Assembly (NCBI GenBank): GCA_964016885.1
Contig: OZ024740.1
Coordinates: 212,846,001-212,910,000 of the forward strand
Source: Eledone cirrhosa
Taxonomy: Eukaryota
DNA length: 64,000 nucleotides
Direction: 5' to 3'
A program made the position numbers and the translations under genes. Below the pieces are notes generated by a model. It made no database searches, had not been told where the DNA came from, and worked only from the letters and a program-made list of their open reading frames with translations. The first letter of the stretch is position 1; the number at the start of each line of letters is the position of its first letter. Positions 46,431 through 61,519 of the stretch are shown in pieces.

Positions 46431-49400
46431 CTTTAACTCTCCTGCTCTGAGCCAGTGCTACAATAAAGCCAGAGTCCTGGTGTTTCTCCAACTCAAGGCT
46501 CATACAATAGTCCACTGCGATGATAAAAAGGTAGGAAGCCAATGTATCTCCCTGGAGCACTCCAGCCAGTATCTAAAAACTCCGTCATCCCATCAAGTGT
46601 AAGGACTTGGGCTTTGTTGTAGAGCAGTGATATCAGGTCCACTATCCTTTTGGGAATTCCATAAGCTTGTAAGATCTTCTTCAAGCAGTGACGGTCCACA
46701 GAATCAAAGGCCTTCCTAAAGTCAATGAAAACCATGACAAGAGGAAGGCTCTTTGCTCTAGCTCCCTCTAATATCCTCCTCAGCATCAGGATGTGACTGG
46801 TTGTTGATCTTCCCTCTCTGAAGCCGTTCTGGTTGTCCCTGATGTTCTTCTCCATCTCGGGTTGGATCCTGTTAAGAATCATCCTGTTGAGGGTCTTTGC
46901 CACAAGTGACGTCAGTGAGATCCCCCTGTAGTTGTTGGTGTTAGAGAGATCTCCCTTCTTTGGCACTGGGACGATGTTACTGATCCTCCACTGATTCGGG
47001 GCAACTCCTTTCTCCAGTGCCTGGTTACAGAACCCCAGGATGATATCATCAAAATCACACCTCTTCATCGCCTCTGATGCCACTCCATCTTCTCCATGAG
47101 CCTTGCATCTCCTTGATCTTCTTCTTGGCTCTCTGAAGCTCCTTTCTGGCGAAGGGTCCTGTCTCAATATCCAGTTCCTGAAACAGATGCCTGGTCTCCC
47201 CAGTGTTCTGGACTGTGGAGGGCGGCTCTCCTAGTAGGGTCCTGAAATGATCCAGCCATTTCCTCTTCTTATCCTCGGGCCCTGTTCCCTGGATCTGACT
47301 CCAACCCCCTCTCTTCTTCCCTGTGATCTCGTTGATGATCGTCCAGCTGATGATCGTCCAGCTCTCCTTACATTCAGATCTGTCAACCGCTCTCTCCACA
47401 CTTCTGATCTTCTCTATCAGTGCTTCTTCTCTGGCCTCAGTGTAAGCGGTACACAGAACTTCCTTCATCACCTCCATATTCTCCTTCTTCTCCGTAGGAT
47501 CAGCATGGAATTGGTCCTTGGCAGCTTTCAGGTGTTCTCTGGCTGCACGCACTTTTGGGTCTGCAGAGCTGACGTGCTTCCCCTTCTTCTCTCTCCTCGG
47601 CACCAGGGTCTCACTTGCTTCTGCCACTGCATTGGTGAAGTTCCCGTATCTCCTCGTCACACATCTCCTCAGTCCATCCAATCTCTCTCTCCTCTGCCTC
47701 TCCACACAGAGCACTGAACCTGTTCCTCACTTCTACTGTGTACCACTCCTGTAGCTTATCATCTTCCTTGAAATCTCCCCAGTCATAGATTGCTCTCCGG
47801 AGCTGAGCCTTCCTCTTTCTTAAGCTCACCCGGACATCACTCATAACAAGCCGGTGGTCACTGGCCTGTGTACTGAAGTAATAGTATGGTTCTGTGTTCA
47901 GAACACTATTCCGCCACTTTTCCCCTCACCAGAATGAAATCAATCTGGGACTTGGACAAGTGCATATCAGAGATGTAGGTCCACATCTTCCCCGGATGTT
48001 GTTATGTTGGTGTTGTTATGGAAGTACAAGCAAGGATCTTCACTGCTCTCCTTACTCAGATGTGCATTGAAGTCCCCCAGAACAAGCAGGATGTTATGAG
48101 CTGGTGTGGCGTTGACAGCTCTACACACTTCCTCATGGAACTCCTCTGCACTCACATCACTGTCTCCCACGGTTGAACTATAGGCTGAGATGACTGTCAG
48201 TCTTGGGTTTCCATTGGAGATCACCCTCAACACTCGCGGGGAGACAGGCATTACTTCCCTCACCAATATATTAGTTTTTGCATCGAACACAAAACCCACT
48301 CCTCCTACTGCAGCATTCGTTATGTTTCTCACTGCTGATGTGGTGATGAGCTGACTCCTCTTCCCAATCATCACACTCCTCACGGGCTCATCATGTAGGA
48401 TCCTGTGTTCTTGGATCGCAAGTATCTGCATACCACTCTCCTCGAACAGATGACCCAACTCCTCTCTCTTCCCCAGCGTCCAAATAGTCCTCACATTCAG
48501 AGTGCCGATTTCAATGGTTCTTCTGCAGGACAAAACTGTATTCTTTATATTTGTCTCAGAGACAGTTGATCCATCATCCACTGGCCCTCCTTGTGGCTCT
48601 AAGCCAGCAGAGTCATAACGACCAGACTGCTCCTTGACAGTGTAGTTAGTGGCCCTAACCCTACTTCTGTTTAATACACTCTCCATGGTTCTTTTTAATG
48701 GCTGATAATACCTTACCAGCACCACTCGAATAGGGTAATTATTTAAACCATAAATGAGGCCCTAACAGGTACTACTACTCCGACACAGAGCAGACCTGGG
48801 AGTGATAACAACTAAGGGGTAACTCCACATTCCCCACACCTCCTGAACTCCCGCACTGGAGCCTTGCCACTGGATGCAGTTTAATGTCATACCCAGGAGT
48901 TAAAGTGAAAAAGATCTCAGATGCTGAATTTACTGACGACATAGTTCTGGTGACAAACACAGGGAAGGATGTAGAGGAGTTGATGCAAGAGGTGGAGACT
49001 GTGTCGATGAGTGTGGGACTGAGAATGAATGAGATTAAGACGAAGTATCTGGTAGAGAACATTAAGAAGCCAGAGAACATTATGAATGTAGGCGAGAAGT
49101 CGCTACTGTACGCTACTGTACGGGTCTAAGACTAGGACACTGACCAAGAAATTCACTCAGATGGTGGATGGGTGCTACACGAGAATGCTGAAGATGGCTC
49201 TGAACATTAATCGCTATACACTGAGGATGAAGAACACAGAGCTGTACGGTAGCCTCCGAAAGTCAGCTCCAAAGTAACACAGAGGAGGCTGAAGTTAGCT
49301 GGACATGCTCACTGACATTCAGAATTGACACTACACTCAGTGCTCCTGTGGGAGCCCCTACATAGACACACTAGATGAGTGAGACGGAGGTTGACATATG

Positions 49401-49490
49401 TTGATGCCCTAAGGACAGACACTGCTCTGTTGGAGACGCAGGACATGGCGGCGATGATGAGGGACAGAGACCTCTGGAGAGAACTTGTAT
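46431..49490. mobile_element. RTE/RTE-X-like LINE with its whole 5' part inverted
   Basis: Minus 48897->46431: 5'UTR, APE (GTLNVRTI, AIQEHR, LGDFNAH), RT (NYRGISLTS, DFRKAFDSV, GVLQGDTL) to ..SRRVK. Plus 48897->49490 continues [33 protein letters not shown]. Confidence 0.85.
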
Positions 49491-49494
49491 ACAT

Positions 49495-49581
<87 letters not shown>

Positions 49582-49588
<7 letters not shown>

Positions 49589-51496
49589 CGTAGTTTAGAA
49601 AGCCACAACAATGCAGAGGGAAATCTCGAGGTAGGAAGTGAATGATAGATAGGAGAAACAGGAGAAAGTGAAAATAGAGAGAGACAAAGATGAAAACAAA
49701 ACAAAGGTAGGAGGGTTACCGTAGTGGAGATTTAATCCCAATATTTCGGGCTCACGCCCATCAACGGGGGAAAGTTCCAAAAGGGAGGAACAGGCTAAGC
49801 GGAGAAAGTTGTGATGTCGTTAAAACAGGAATGCCGTTATGGGGAGAAAAATTATTTAAAATGTAAATGAGGGAAAGAATGCGCGTGCGCGTGATAGGCT
49901 ATGGCAAAAGCTACTGACCAAATGGGTTAAATCAAGAGGGTGCGCTAGCGTGTGAAAGCCGTAAAATATGTGTGTGTAAATATATATGTGTGTGTAACTG
50001 TGTGTGTATATGTGTAAGTGTGTATATGTGTGAGTGTGTGTGTGTGTGTGAAAGATAGTGGGCTGTAGAAGCTGGAAATCATAGGGTGTGAAAGGTGGTA
50101 GGTTGTAAAACATGTGTGCGTGTATAAACATGTGTGTGTGTAAGCGTATGGGTATACATGTGTGTGTAACTGTGTGTGTGTATGTGTGCGTGTGTGTGTG
50201 AAAGATAGTGGGTTGTAGAAGCTGGAAATCAAAGGGTGTGAAAGGTGGTAGGTTGTAAAAACATGTGTGCGTGTATAAATATAGATGTGTGTGTGTATGC
50301 GTATGGGTATGCATATACGTGCGTGTGTGTGAAAATAGCAGGCCGTAAGGGCTGTGAATGGTCACTATGGTTAAGTTAGCCATGTCAGCTCATTTCTCTC
50401 AGCCCGGTTGTTAAGTGGGGGTCTGAGGTTCTTAATAACAAGTGCTTCCTTTATCCTTAAGGATCCGATGCTGCGTTCAGTCGCTAGGACTGTGACCAAG
50501 GGTCTACCCTGTGGGTTTCTGCATTTAAGGATGTGTTTACGGAAGGAAGATGCGTTGGTGTTGATATGTTCCTTGATACGAACATGTAGGGGTCGGATGG
50601 TGCTACCTATGTAAAACTTGTTACATTTATCGCATTGAATCTTATATACGACATAGGTGCGTAGGCAATCTGCCCCCCGTATCGGGCAGTTGCTGAGGGA
50701 ACACGTCCCATCTGACTCGTCGGGTTTGTTGGAGAGGCATCTTCGCAGCGAAGGTCCTGTGTGGGCCAAATGTATGTCAAGTCCCTCCGTCCGTATGGCC
50801 CTGCGGATGGCGTTCGTGGTATATTCACTCAGGTGGGGGATTTTAAAGAAGCACCTGCTTTTATTTGAGTTTCTAGTGGGTGTCTGTCTATTGGGTCTGG
50901 GGTCTCTAATTCCGTTAATCAGTCGCTTGGGATAACCATTAGACCTGAGTAGATTACGGAATTGCGTGGTATGGGTGAGACCACCCATCGGGTCGCTGCA
51001 TCTGTTAGTGATACGTGTCAGTTCATTTAGGACATAGCCTCTCTTAGCGTTGTTGGGGAGGGCTGAGTTGTAATGCACAAATAAGTCCTTGCACGCTGCT
51101 TTGCGGTAGAAGGTGGTGTTTATGTCTCCTTCTTCCGAGATGTTGATACGGAAGTCCTACCTTTGTTTTGTTTTCATCTTTGTCTCTCTCTATTTTCACT
51201 TTCTCCTATTTCTCTTATCTATCATTCACTTCCTACCTCAAGATTTCCCTCTGCATTGTTGTGGCTTTCTAAACTACGTATTTTACACATTTCACAATGC
51301 TTCAAGCAAACTTTAACACCCTCTTATCATTACACCTGAGCCAGGACTTGTTTGCACCCATAAGGGACCTATTCAGACTTTCGGAGAATCGTGACAAACT
51401 CGGTTGCCAAATTACCTTCTTAAAACGCTGCCTAAAGAACAACATCATTCCAACCACCATCAGGAATATACATCTACCCGAATGTTTACGATCACC

Positions 51497-51497
<1 letters not shown>
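49582..51497 (-). mobile_element. Penelope-like element, 5'-truncated, with inverted pseudo-LTR
   Basis: 49582-49712 is the reverse complement of 51155-51285. The inverted copy runs into the ORF N-terminus (51297 [20 protein letters not shown]). Confidence 0.85.
50371..51150 (-). pseudogene. Penelope RT thumb + GIY-YIG endonuclease (open but 5'-truncated)
   Basis: FYRKAA..HYNSALP..KR, LRSNGYP, VVYKIQCDKCNKFYIGSTIRPLHVRIKEH, LRIKEALVIKNLRPPLN. Confidence 0.88.
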
Positions 51498-53068
<1,571 letters not shown>

Positions 53069-53369
53069 ATCTTTTTAATCTCAATTTCATCCTTAATTTA
53101 TTATTATTATTATTTTTTTTTTTTTTTTTTCTCCCCATCAACGAACTCATTATTAATACATATTAACTCTTTATTCGCATATATTATCAATTCAATCAAT
53201 ATACAAACTTTAACTTCACATTATTTTTCTCAAATCCTTCTACACACAAACCTTAATAATTTTTTCTCTTCGTTAATTTTGAAATTGCCACAATACATAC
53301 ATTTCTTTTTTGACGTTAGAATATTCATCCACAATTATTATTTTTTTCTCTCTATCTTCATACATAATT

Positions 53370-53790
53370 TCCCTTCGTTAATTTTCAAATTCCTTTAATT
53401 TATACATTATCTTCCAACGGTTCCCAACCTCTCTATGTTAAAACAATATATCTTTTTCTCAGTTATAAAAACTATCTCTTTCTCTCTATCACCCATCTCT
53501 CCCTCTCCACCTTCACTCTCATCTCCTCCCCCTTTTTTTCATCCTCCCCCCCCCCTCCCTAAATAAAATATTTTTTCCTCGCACATATCCTCCCTTCGTT
53601 AATTTTCAAAATTTTTAATTTATACAGTATCTTCCAACGGTTTTCAACCTCTCTATGTAAAAAATATATCTCCTCTCAGTTATAAAAACTATCTCTTTCT
53701 CTCTATCACCCATCTCTCCCTCTCATCTCCTTCCCTTTTCATCCTTTCCACCCCCCACCCGCCTCTCTAAATAAAATATTTTTCCCAATA
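53370..53790 (+). repeat. Tandem duplication, 2 x ~210 bp
   Basis: CCCTTCGTTAATTTTCAAA..ATCTTCCAACGGTT..CTCAGTTATAAAA.CTATCTCTTTCTCTCTATCACCCATC..TAAATAAAATATTTTT occurs twice. Confidence 0.85.
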
Positions 53791-53878
53791 TCACACATCA
53801 ATCTAAAACCACTTTTCATATGTTGATTTAAAACTGCACTATCCACAAGTGTTTTTTAGCCTTCATATCATGTTCTCC

Positions 53879-53949
53879 TGTTTTATCTGATGAAAACACA
53901 AATATTATTGCATGATGATGTTTGTTTTTGAAATGCGCATAATAAAATA
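53879..53949 (+). ncRNA. Type I hammerhead ribozyme (Penelope pLTR-like)
   Basis: Stem I TTTTAT/ATAAAA; core CTGATGA; long stem II AAACACAAATATTAT/ATGATGTTTGTTTTT; GAAA; palindromic stem III ATGCGCAT; AUA cleavage triplet at 53939-53941. Confidence 0.7.
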
Positions 53950-54073
53950 TATGGAACTCCTTTAACCATCTTTTGATCTTATATTATGCATACTCCAGTC
54001 CTACAAACTGTAGAGTGCTTCTTATCCGATATCTGCATTGCTTTATTGTACTACAATAAAACTCACCTCCTAC

Positions 54074-55162
<1,089 letters not shown>

Positions 55163-55640
55163 CGATTGGAAAACCTGAAACTTTACTCACTCCAACGTCG
55201 CCGTGAGCGTTATATTATCTGCATGATGTGGAAAATGTTCCATCATCACTGCCCAAATGATGTTGGCATCGCCTTCAAGATACACCCAAGGCTTGGGCCC
55301 CGTGCTATCCGTCCCATTCAAAAATCTAAATCGCAACTCATAACAACAATACGGCACAATTATTTCACCTCAATCGGCCCTGCTCTCTTCAACATCACAC
55401 CAGGACACGTCAAAACAGAAACTGACCACACAAAATTCAAGAAGTCTTTGGACAAATTCCTCCAAGTAATCCCGGACAAACCACCCACACCCGGATATGT
55501 CTCCGCAAACAGTAATTCTCTTCTCGAATGGGCCATGGTGCCCAAATCCTGAATTGAAAGACTTCGCCAGGTGGTGCTATTAAGTTAGACATGGCCTGGG
55601 CCAATACTGGCCAAAACATTTCAAAGTTATTCAAAGTTAT
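55163..55640 (+). mobile_element. CR1-like LINE 3' fragment inserted in (TA)n
   Basis: [48 protein letters not shown]; tail (TCAAAGTTAT)2. Confidence 0.8.
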
Positions 55641-56692
<1,052 letters not shown>

Positions 56693-57560
56693 TGACAGTC
56701 TACGCCGTACATTTGTCACTTTTGGAATTCCAGACGAAATGTCCTCAGAAGGTGGCCCTGAGTTTACAGCCTCAGCAGCCAGGGATTTCTTGAAAAACTG
56801 GAGTGTCCATCATCGACTCTCTTCAGTCACCTTCCCCCACAGCAACTGTTGGGCAGAAGTTGGTGTTAAAACTGTGAAACGTCTCGTTATAGACAACACG
56901 GGACCCAACGACGAGTTAGACACGGACTCACTGCAACGCACCATGCTGCAATACAGAAACACCCCAGACAGACACACCAAGTTATCCCCTGTGATGTTTG
57001 TCTTTGGTAGACCCATTAAGGATTTCATTCCAATCCTTCCCGGCCGCTACAAGCCTCATGACACCTGGCATGACACACTTGCCTTGAGAGAAGATGCCCT
57101 CAGAAACAGGCACATGAAGATTGCAGAACGCCTTTCTGAACACACCAGGCAATTGCCACCCCTTGTTATTGGAGATCTCGTGCGAATACAAAATCAAACA
57201 GGCCCTCAACCATTAAAATGGGACAAAACAGGCTGTGTGATTGAAGTTCGTCAGTTTGATCAGTATGTCATACACATGGATGAATCGGGCAGAGTGGCCC
57301 TTCGAAACTGGAAATGTTCTTCCACCGAAGGCACAGATCACCTTATCAGACGACTTACCCCATCGATCCCAACAAAGACAACAAGGTATGTCTTTCTTGC
57401 TCCGCCAACCATTTATTCTGGAGCCCCCTGCTTACAAAGGACACCACCAAAGATCCTCAAAATCCTACAGATCTACAAATGACACCATCACCCAACCTGA
57501 CATCGCTTGACATCCAGCCATCGCCACCACGCCCAGCTATCCAGCCACCAGAGTTACATC
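56693..57560 (+). pseudogene. Ty3/Gypsy LTR-retrotransposon integrase fragment
   Basis: [70 protein letters not shown]. Confidence 0.85.
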
Positions 57561-60500
57561 CGGCAACGCTTCCCGGTAGCACTGCCAGGCCAGGGATTTT
57601 TGGAAGTTATCCATAGGCCCTGGGCTGAAAGTTCTCCGGAAGAGAGCAAACAGCTGATCTTCTTCGACGCCCAGGATCTCTCCGAGAACATCGTCGCTCT
57701 TCCCCTCCACTAGTCCTCTATAGAACGCCGAGGTGGATGTTCCACCGATACTGGTGCCCAGCTGGCAGAAGGGGGTGAGTGCCTGGAGACATTCCAGTTT
57801 CCAAGCGCTATCCCTCGGTCTTTTCCTGACCCAGGACTGCAGTTCCGTCAAGGAGACGAGCTGTGGGAAAACGTGCCTGGCAAACGGCGACCACACCTGT
57901 TCACCGTCAAGGAAGCACCAGAGATGTAGCAGCCGCAGCGCATGTTTGCGCATCATCAGCCTTGGCATGCCCAGTCCTCCATGCAATGGGTGTTGACAGC
58001 AGATGGATCGTCTGACCATGGGAGGGCGTCCCTTCCACAAAAAGCGGAAGAGGAGGCGCTCCATTTTGGTGAGAGTTGGGCCGGAGCAAGGGACGATGGA
58101 TGCGATGTACGCATTCGCCACCTCCGCCCGGCCTTTCAGGGACAGCTTCCTCTCAGCCCATTTCTGGGTGAGGGAAGCCACCCTGCTCGTCAACTCGCTC
58201 CAGTTTTTCTCCATCTGGAGGTCTGGTCCGAACCAGACCCCGAGCAATTTAACCGGTCTATCCGTCCAATGCCCCACAACACTGTCGGACAACATGGACT
58301 TGTCTCTCCAGGTGCCGAGCTGTAAGCCCACCGACTTTTCCTGGTTTATCTTTGCTCCTGTCATCGCTTCGTATTCCTTGAGAGCGGTGCCGAGTATCTG
58401 GATGTGTCTGGTGCTCGACACCACCACCTGTTATTGACGACCGCTCCTGTCAATGCCCGCTTACCTAATATGCTAATCCGGTCTCTGTAGGCTTTGCGCG
58501 CCGGGATAGACGCGTTCAGCTTCCAGTAATCAGGTCCTTGTCTATGAAGTCTGTCTATGTCGATCTCACAGATCACAAATTTGTGGTCTGTGTAGTCGAC
58601 TATTTTAAATTATGGACAACTTATACTATTTTTATCTAGTTCTCTGCAGAATACCCTATTGAGATACGATCTGGATGACCCGATGCGGTTTGTCTATATC
58701 TATATTGGCACATTCAGGTGATCCAGTCGATACCTGTCAGACAGTTCAAAACGTCTGAGCGGGTTGGTGAGGCTCTTGCACCCTCCTCTCCTATCCACTA
58801 GCCCCACACAATCCCAGCGTGCTTCCAAGATACCGTTCCAGTTGCCCACTAACACTAAAGAGCGGGACATTCCAAGAAAGATATCTAGATGTCTGAAGAA
58901 ATCTGGCCGTCCTACCCCAGTTGGGGCGTAGACGGCTACTAGCCTGAAAGCATTGCCTTCGCTGCCGGTCATGTCCAGCACCACCGACTTACCTTCTGGG
59001 TCTAGGAAGATGGCCCGTGTGGTGAGATCCAAGCCACTCCGAAAAAGGATGGCAACCCCTCCCCCCGATCCTGGACGGCTGGGAGATGCGTATACATCGT
59101 AGCCGCCGAAGATCGGTGTGAAGGCTCGTGCTTTGGAGATTCTGGTCTTGCTGATGGCCACCACATCTATGTTTAGTGACCTGAAGTTGTTGAGCAGGTG
59201 TCCCTGCTTCCAAGATGACCTCAGGTCACGTGCATTTATACTGCCTATTCTAAGTACGGCCATGTTGGATGAGAAACGGGGCAAGTAAGAAAGGGTGACT
59301 TACCTTGATCGTGTGGTGAAGGGACAGTAGAACCGTCCCTTTCGCTGGTCATGGGTGTTTCCAAGAGGATGTCAGTGTATATCCTCCTGGTAACCGACCC
59401 TCTGAAGTCTCCAACTGTGTTGGAGAATTTTTGCTTTAAAGTTTTGTACTGTTCTATTTTGACATCAATGATGTTTATGTTTGTCGGGAGAGTTCTTGGT
59501 GTTGGAGGGGTGTAGTAGTTTTTTCCTGTGATGTCTGTGTGCTGCTTTATATATTGTATGAGTTCTTTATTTGCTGTTTATGGCTGTGTACGTTTTGGGG
59601 AGAGGGGTGATTTTGTTGCTGTTTTCTTCTTGTTGCTGTTTGGTGTGTGTGTTTTGTTGTGTTTGCGTTGGTGTTTTTGGTGATGCTGGTAGTGGTGTGG
59701 GTTGTTGTTGGTGGTGGTGCTTGTGGTGGTGATGGTGATGGTGTTGTTGCAAATCTCCTTACATCCTTTACCCCTCTTTGTGTGCCTTCGCTTTTGGAGG
59801 GTGAACCTAAGGGTTTTTTTTCTTTTTTGTGGCAGACCGTTTGCCACTTCACTCCCGCCTCAGACTCCATATCAGATTACATGACGTCTGGGAGGGGTAT
59901 GTGCTCCACAGCTGTTGGTGGTGGTAGTGGAGCCCTCTCCAGCGATTTTTTTGCTGGTGCAGCTACTGGAAATGTAGCTACTGGTGTTGCCGCCACTGAT
60001 GCTGCTGCTTTAGTTGTCCGTGGCCTTGGTACGGGTGCCACGGACGTTGCCCTCCTACTTACCGTGGAAGGGGCTTCTGCGTTTGTTGCCTGCCCTGCTC
60101 TTAGTAGCAGCGGACCAGGTATTGGAAGGAGAGGGGCCTTCTTCTTTGCTGTCTTCTGCAGGCAAAGGCCCTGAGGTGACCCTTTGATCCACAGAGATAA
60201 CATTTTGGCCGTCTTCCTTCCACACTTATAGGGAGTTGGAGTCCTTCCTCAATGTCTATGATATCGGGGATAGCGTCGATACATTCCTGGTCAGTTTGTA
60301 TAAGCATTTGCATGCCTATACCTGACTAGTTTTCTCTCCTTATTTTCTCTACTTGCAGCATGGTCGTCCTGTCCTCGATTCCAACAAGGACAGATGCGGC
60401 CAGCCAAGGTATGGGCACGTCAGGTGGGATCTGGGTCACTTTGACCTTCACAATTTTCTGCCCGCAGTAGGAGGACACCAAGACTATCTCCTCGCTCTTT

Positions 60501-61250
60501 AGGGTTTCCAAAAAGTGAGACTTCGCTTCTTGGGGTGGCGAAAAGTATGTCTACTGTGGCGTACTTTCTGCCTCGAGTGATGTGGGTTTTCATGCCCAGA
60601 CGCACCCCAAGCCCTTTTGGATGAGCCTCCATGGCTCTCTCCACCCGATGTGACATTTTGCTTACGGTACGGTAAGTCACCGTCCGAAGCTGCTGGTCCT
60701 TGAAAAAAATCGGGTGGAGGTTTCAGGGAGACTCTATTGGCGTTTCTTGTCACCATGGCCCTTGTGACTGCCATCTCCTCCTCTGTGACTAACACTGTTT
60801 CGATATTTCGGGTGACACCTGCAAAAGAAGTGGTCCTTTTTTCAGCAGCACCACTATTGCTGCCGTTACTGGTCTTACTGGTGGTGCTGAGATCGCTGTG
60901 ACAGGTATCGATGTCATTGTTGATGTTTTCATTGGTACTGTTGTTGTTGTTGTTGTTGTTTTCGTTGATACTGTTGTTGTTGTTACTGTTATTGTGGCTG
61001 TTGTTATTATTGTTGTTTTTGTTGATATTGTTCTTGCTATTATTGTTGTTGTGGCTGTTATTGTCATTGTTATTGTCGTTCTCGACCTTACCGTTGTTAT
61101 TTTTGTTGTAGCTGCTGTTATTGATGGTGTTGTTGGTGGTGTTGTTTGTGTTAGAAATGTTTGGTAATTTTAAATCTGTAACAATATCATTAAAAATGCT
61201 ATTGTTCCTCTTTTCCTTCGTAATATTTTCTTTTATATTTATTTTCGCTA
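57561..61250 (-). mobile_element. Tx1-type LINE with ORF1, APE, internal RT deletion and truncated 3' end
   Basis: Asn-rich ORF1 with ISVEGRRPKCYLCGSKGHLRA; ORF2 MAVLRIGSINAR..GNWNGILE..YWKLN. Deletion at ~58425 joins NNRWW to VVSSTRHI (GTGGTG microhomology). Confidence 0.88.
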
Positions 61251-61313
61251 GAACGCTGTCTTGATGTGTTGACAAAGTCTCCCTCTCTCTGTGTTGTCTG
61301 ACAGCGCTCTCTC

Positions 61314-61510
61314 TAGGCACAAGGCCAGCAATTTTGGGGGGAGGGAAAAGTCGATGAAATTGACCCCAGTGCGTGACTGGTACTTTATTTTATCGACCCC
61401 GTAAGGATGAAAGGCAAAGTTAACCTCGGTGGGATTTGAACTCAGAATGGCAAGGGCGGTAACTCTATGCGTCAAAGCATTGTGTCCGACCCTCTAGCGA
61501 TACTGCCAAT
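61314..61510 (-). mobile_element. tRNA-derived SINE (same family as 535-729, variant tail)
   Basis: Core ACTGGTACTTTATTTTATCGACCCCGTAAGGATGAAAGGCAAAG..GGATTTGAACTCAG on the plus strand. Confidence 0.85.
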
Positions 61511-61519
61511 GCTTTCTTT

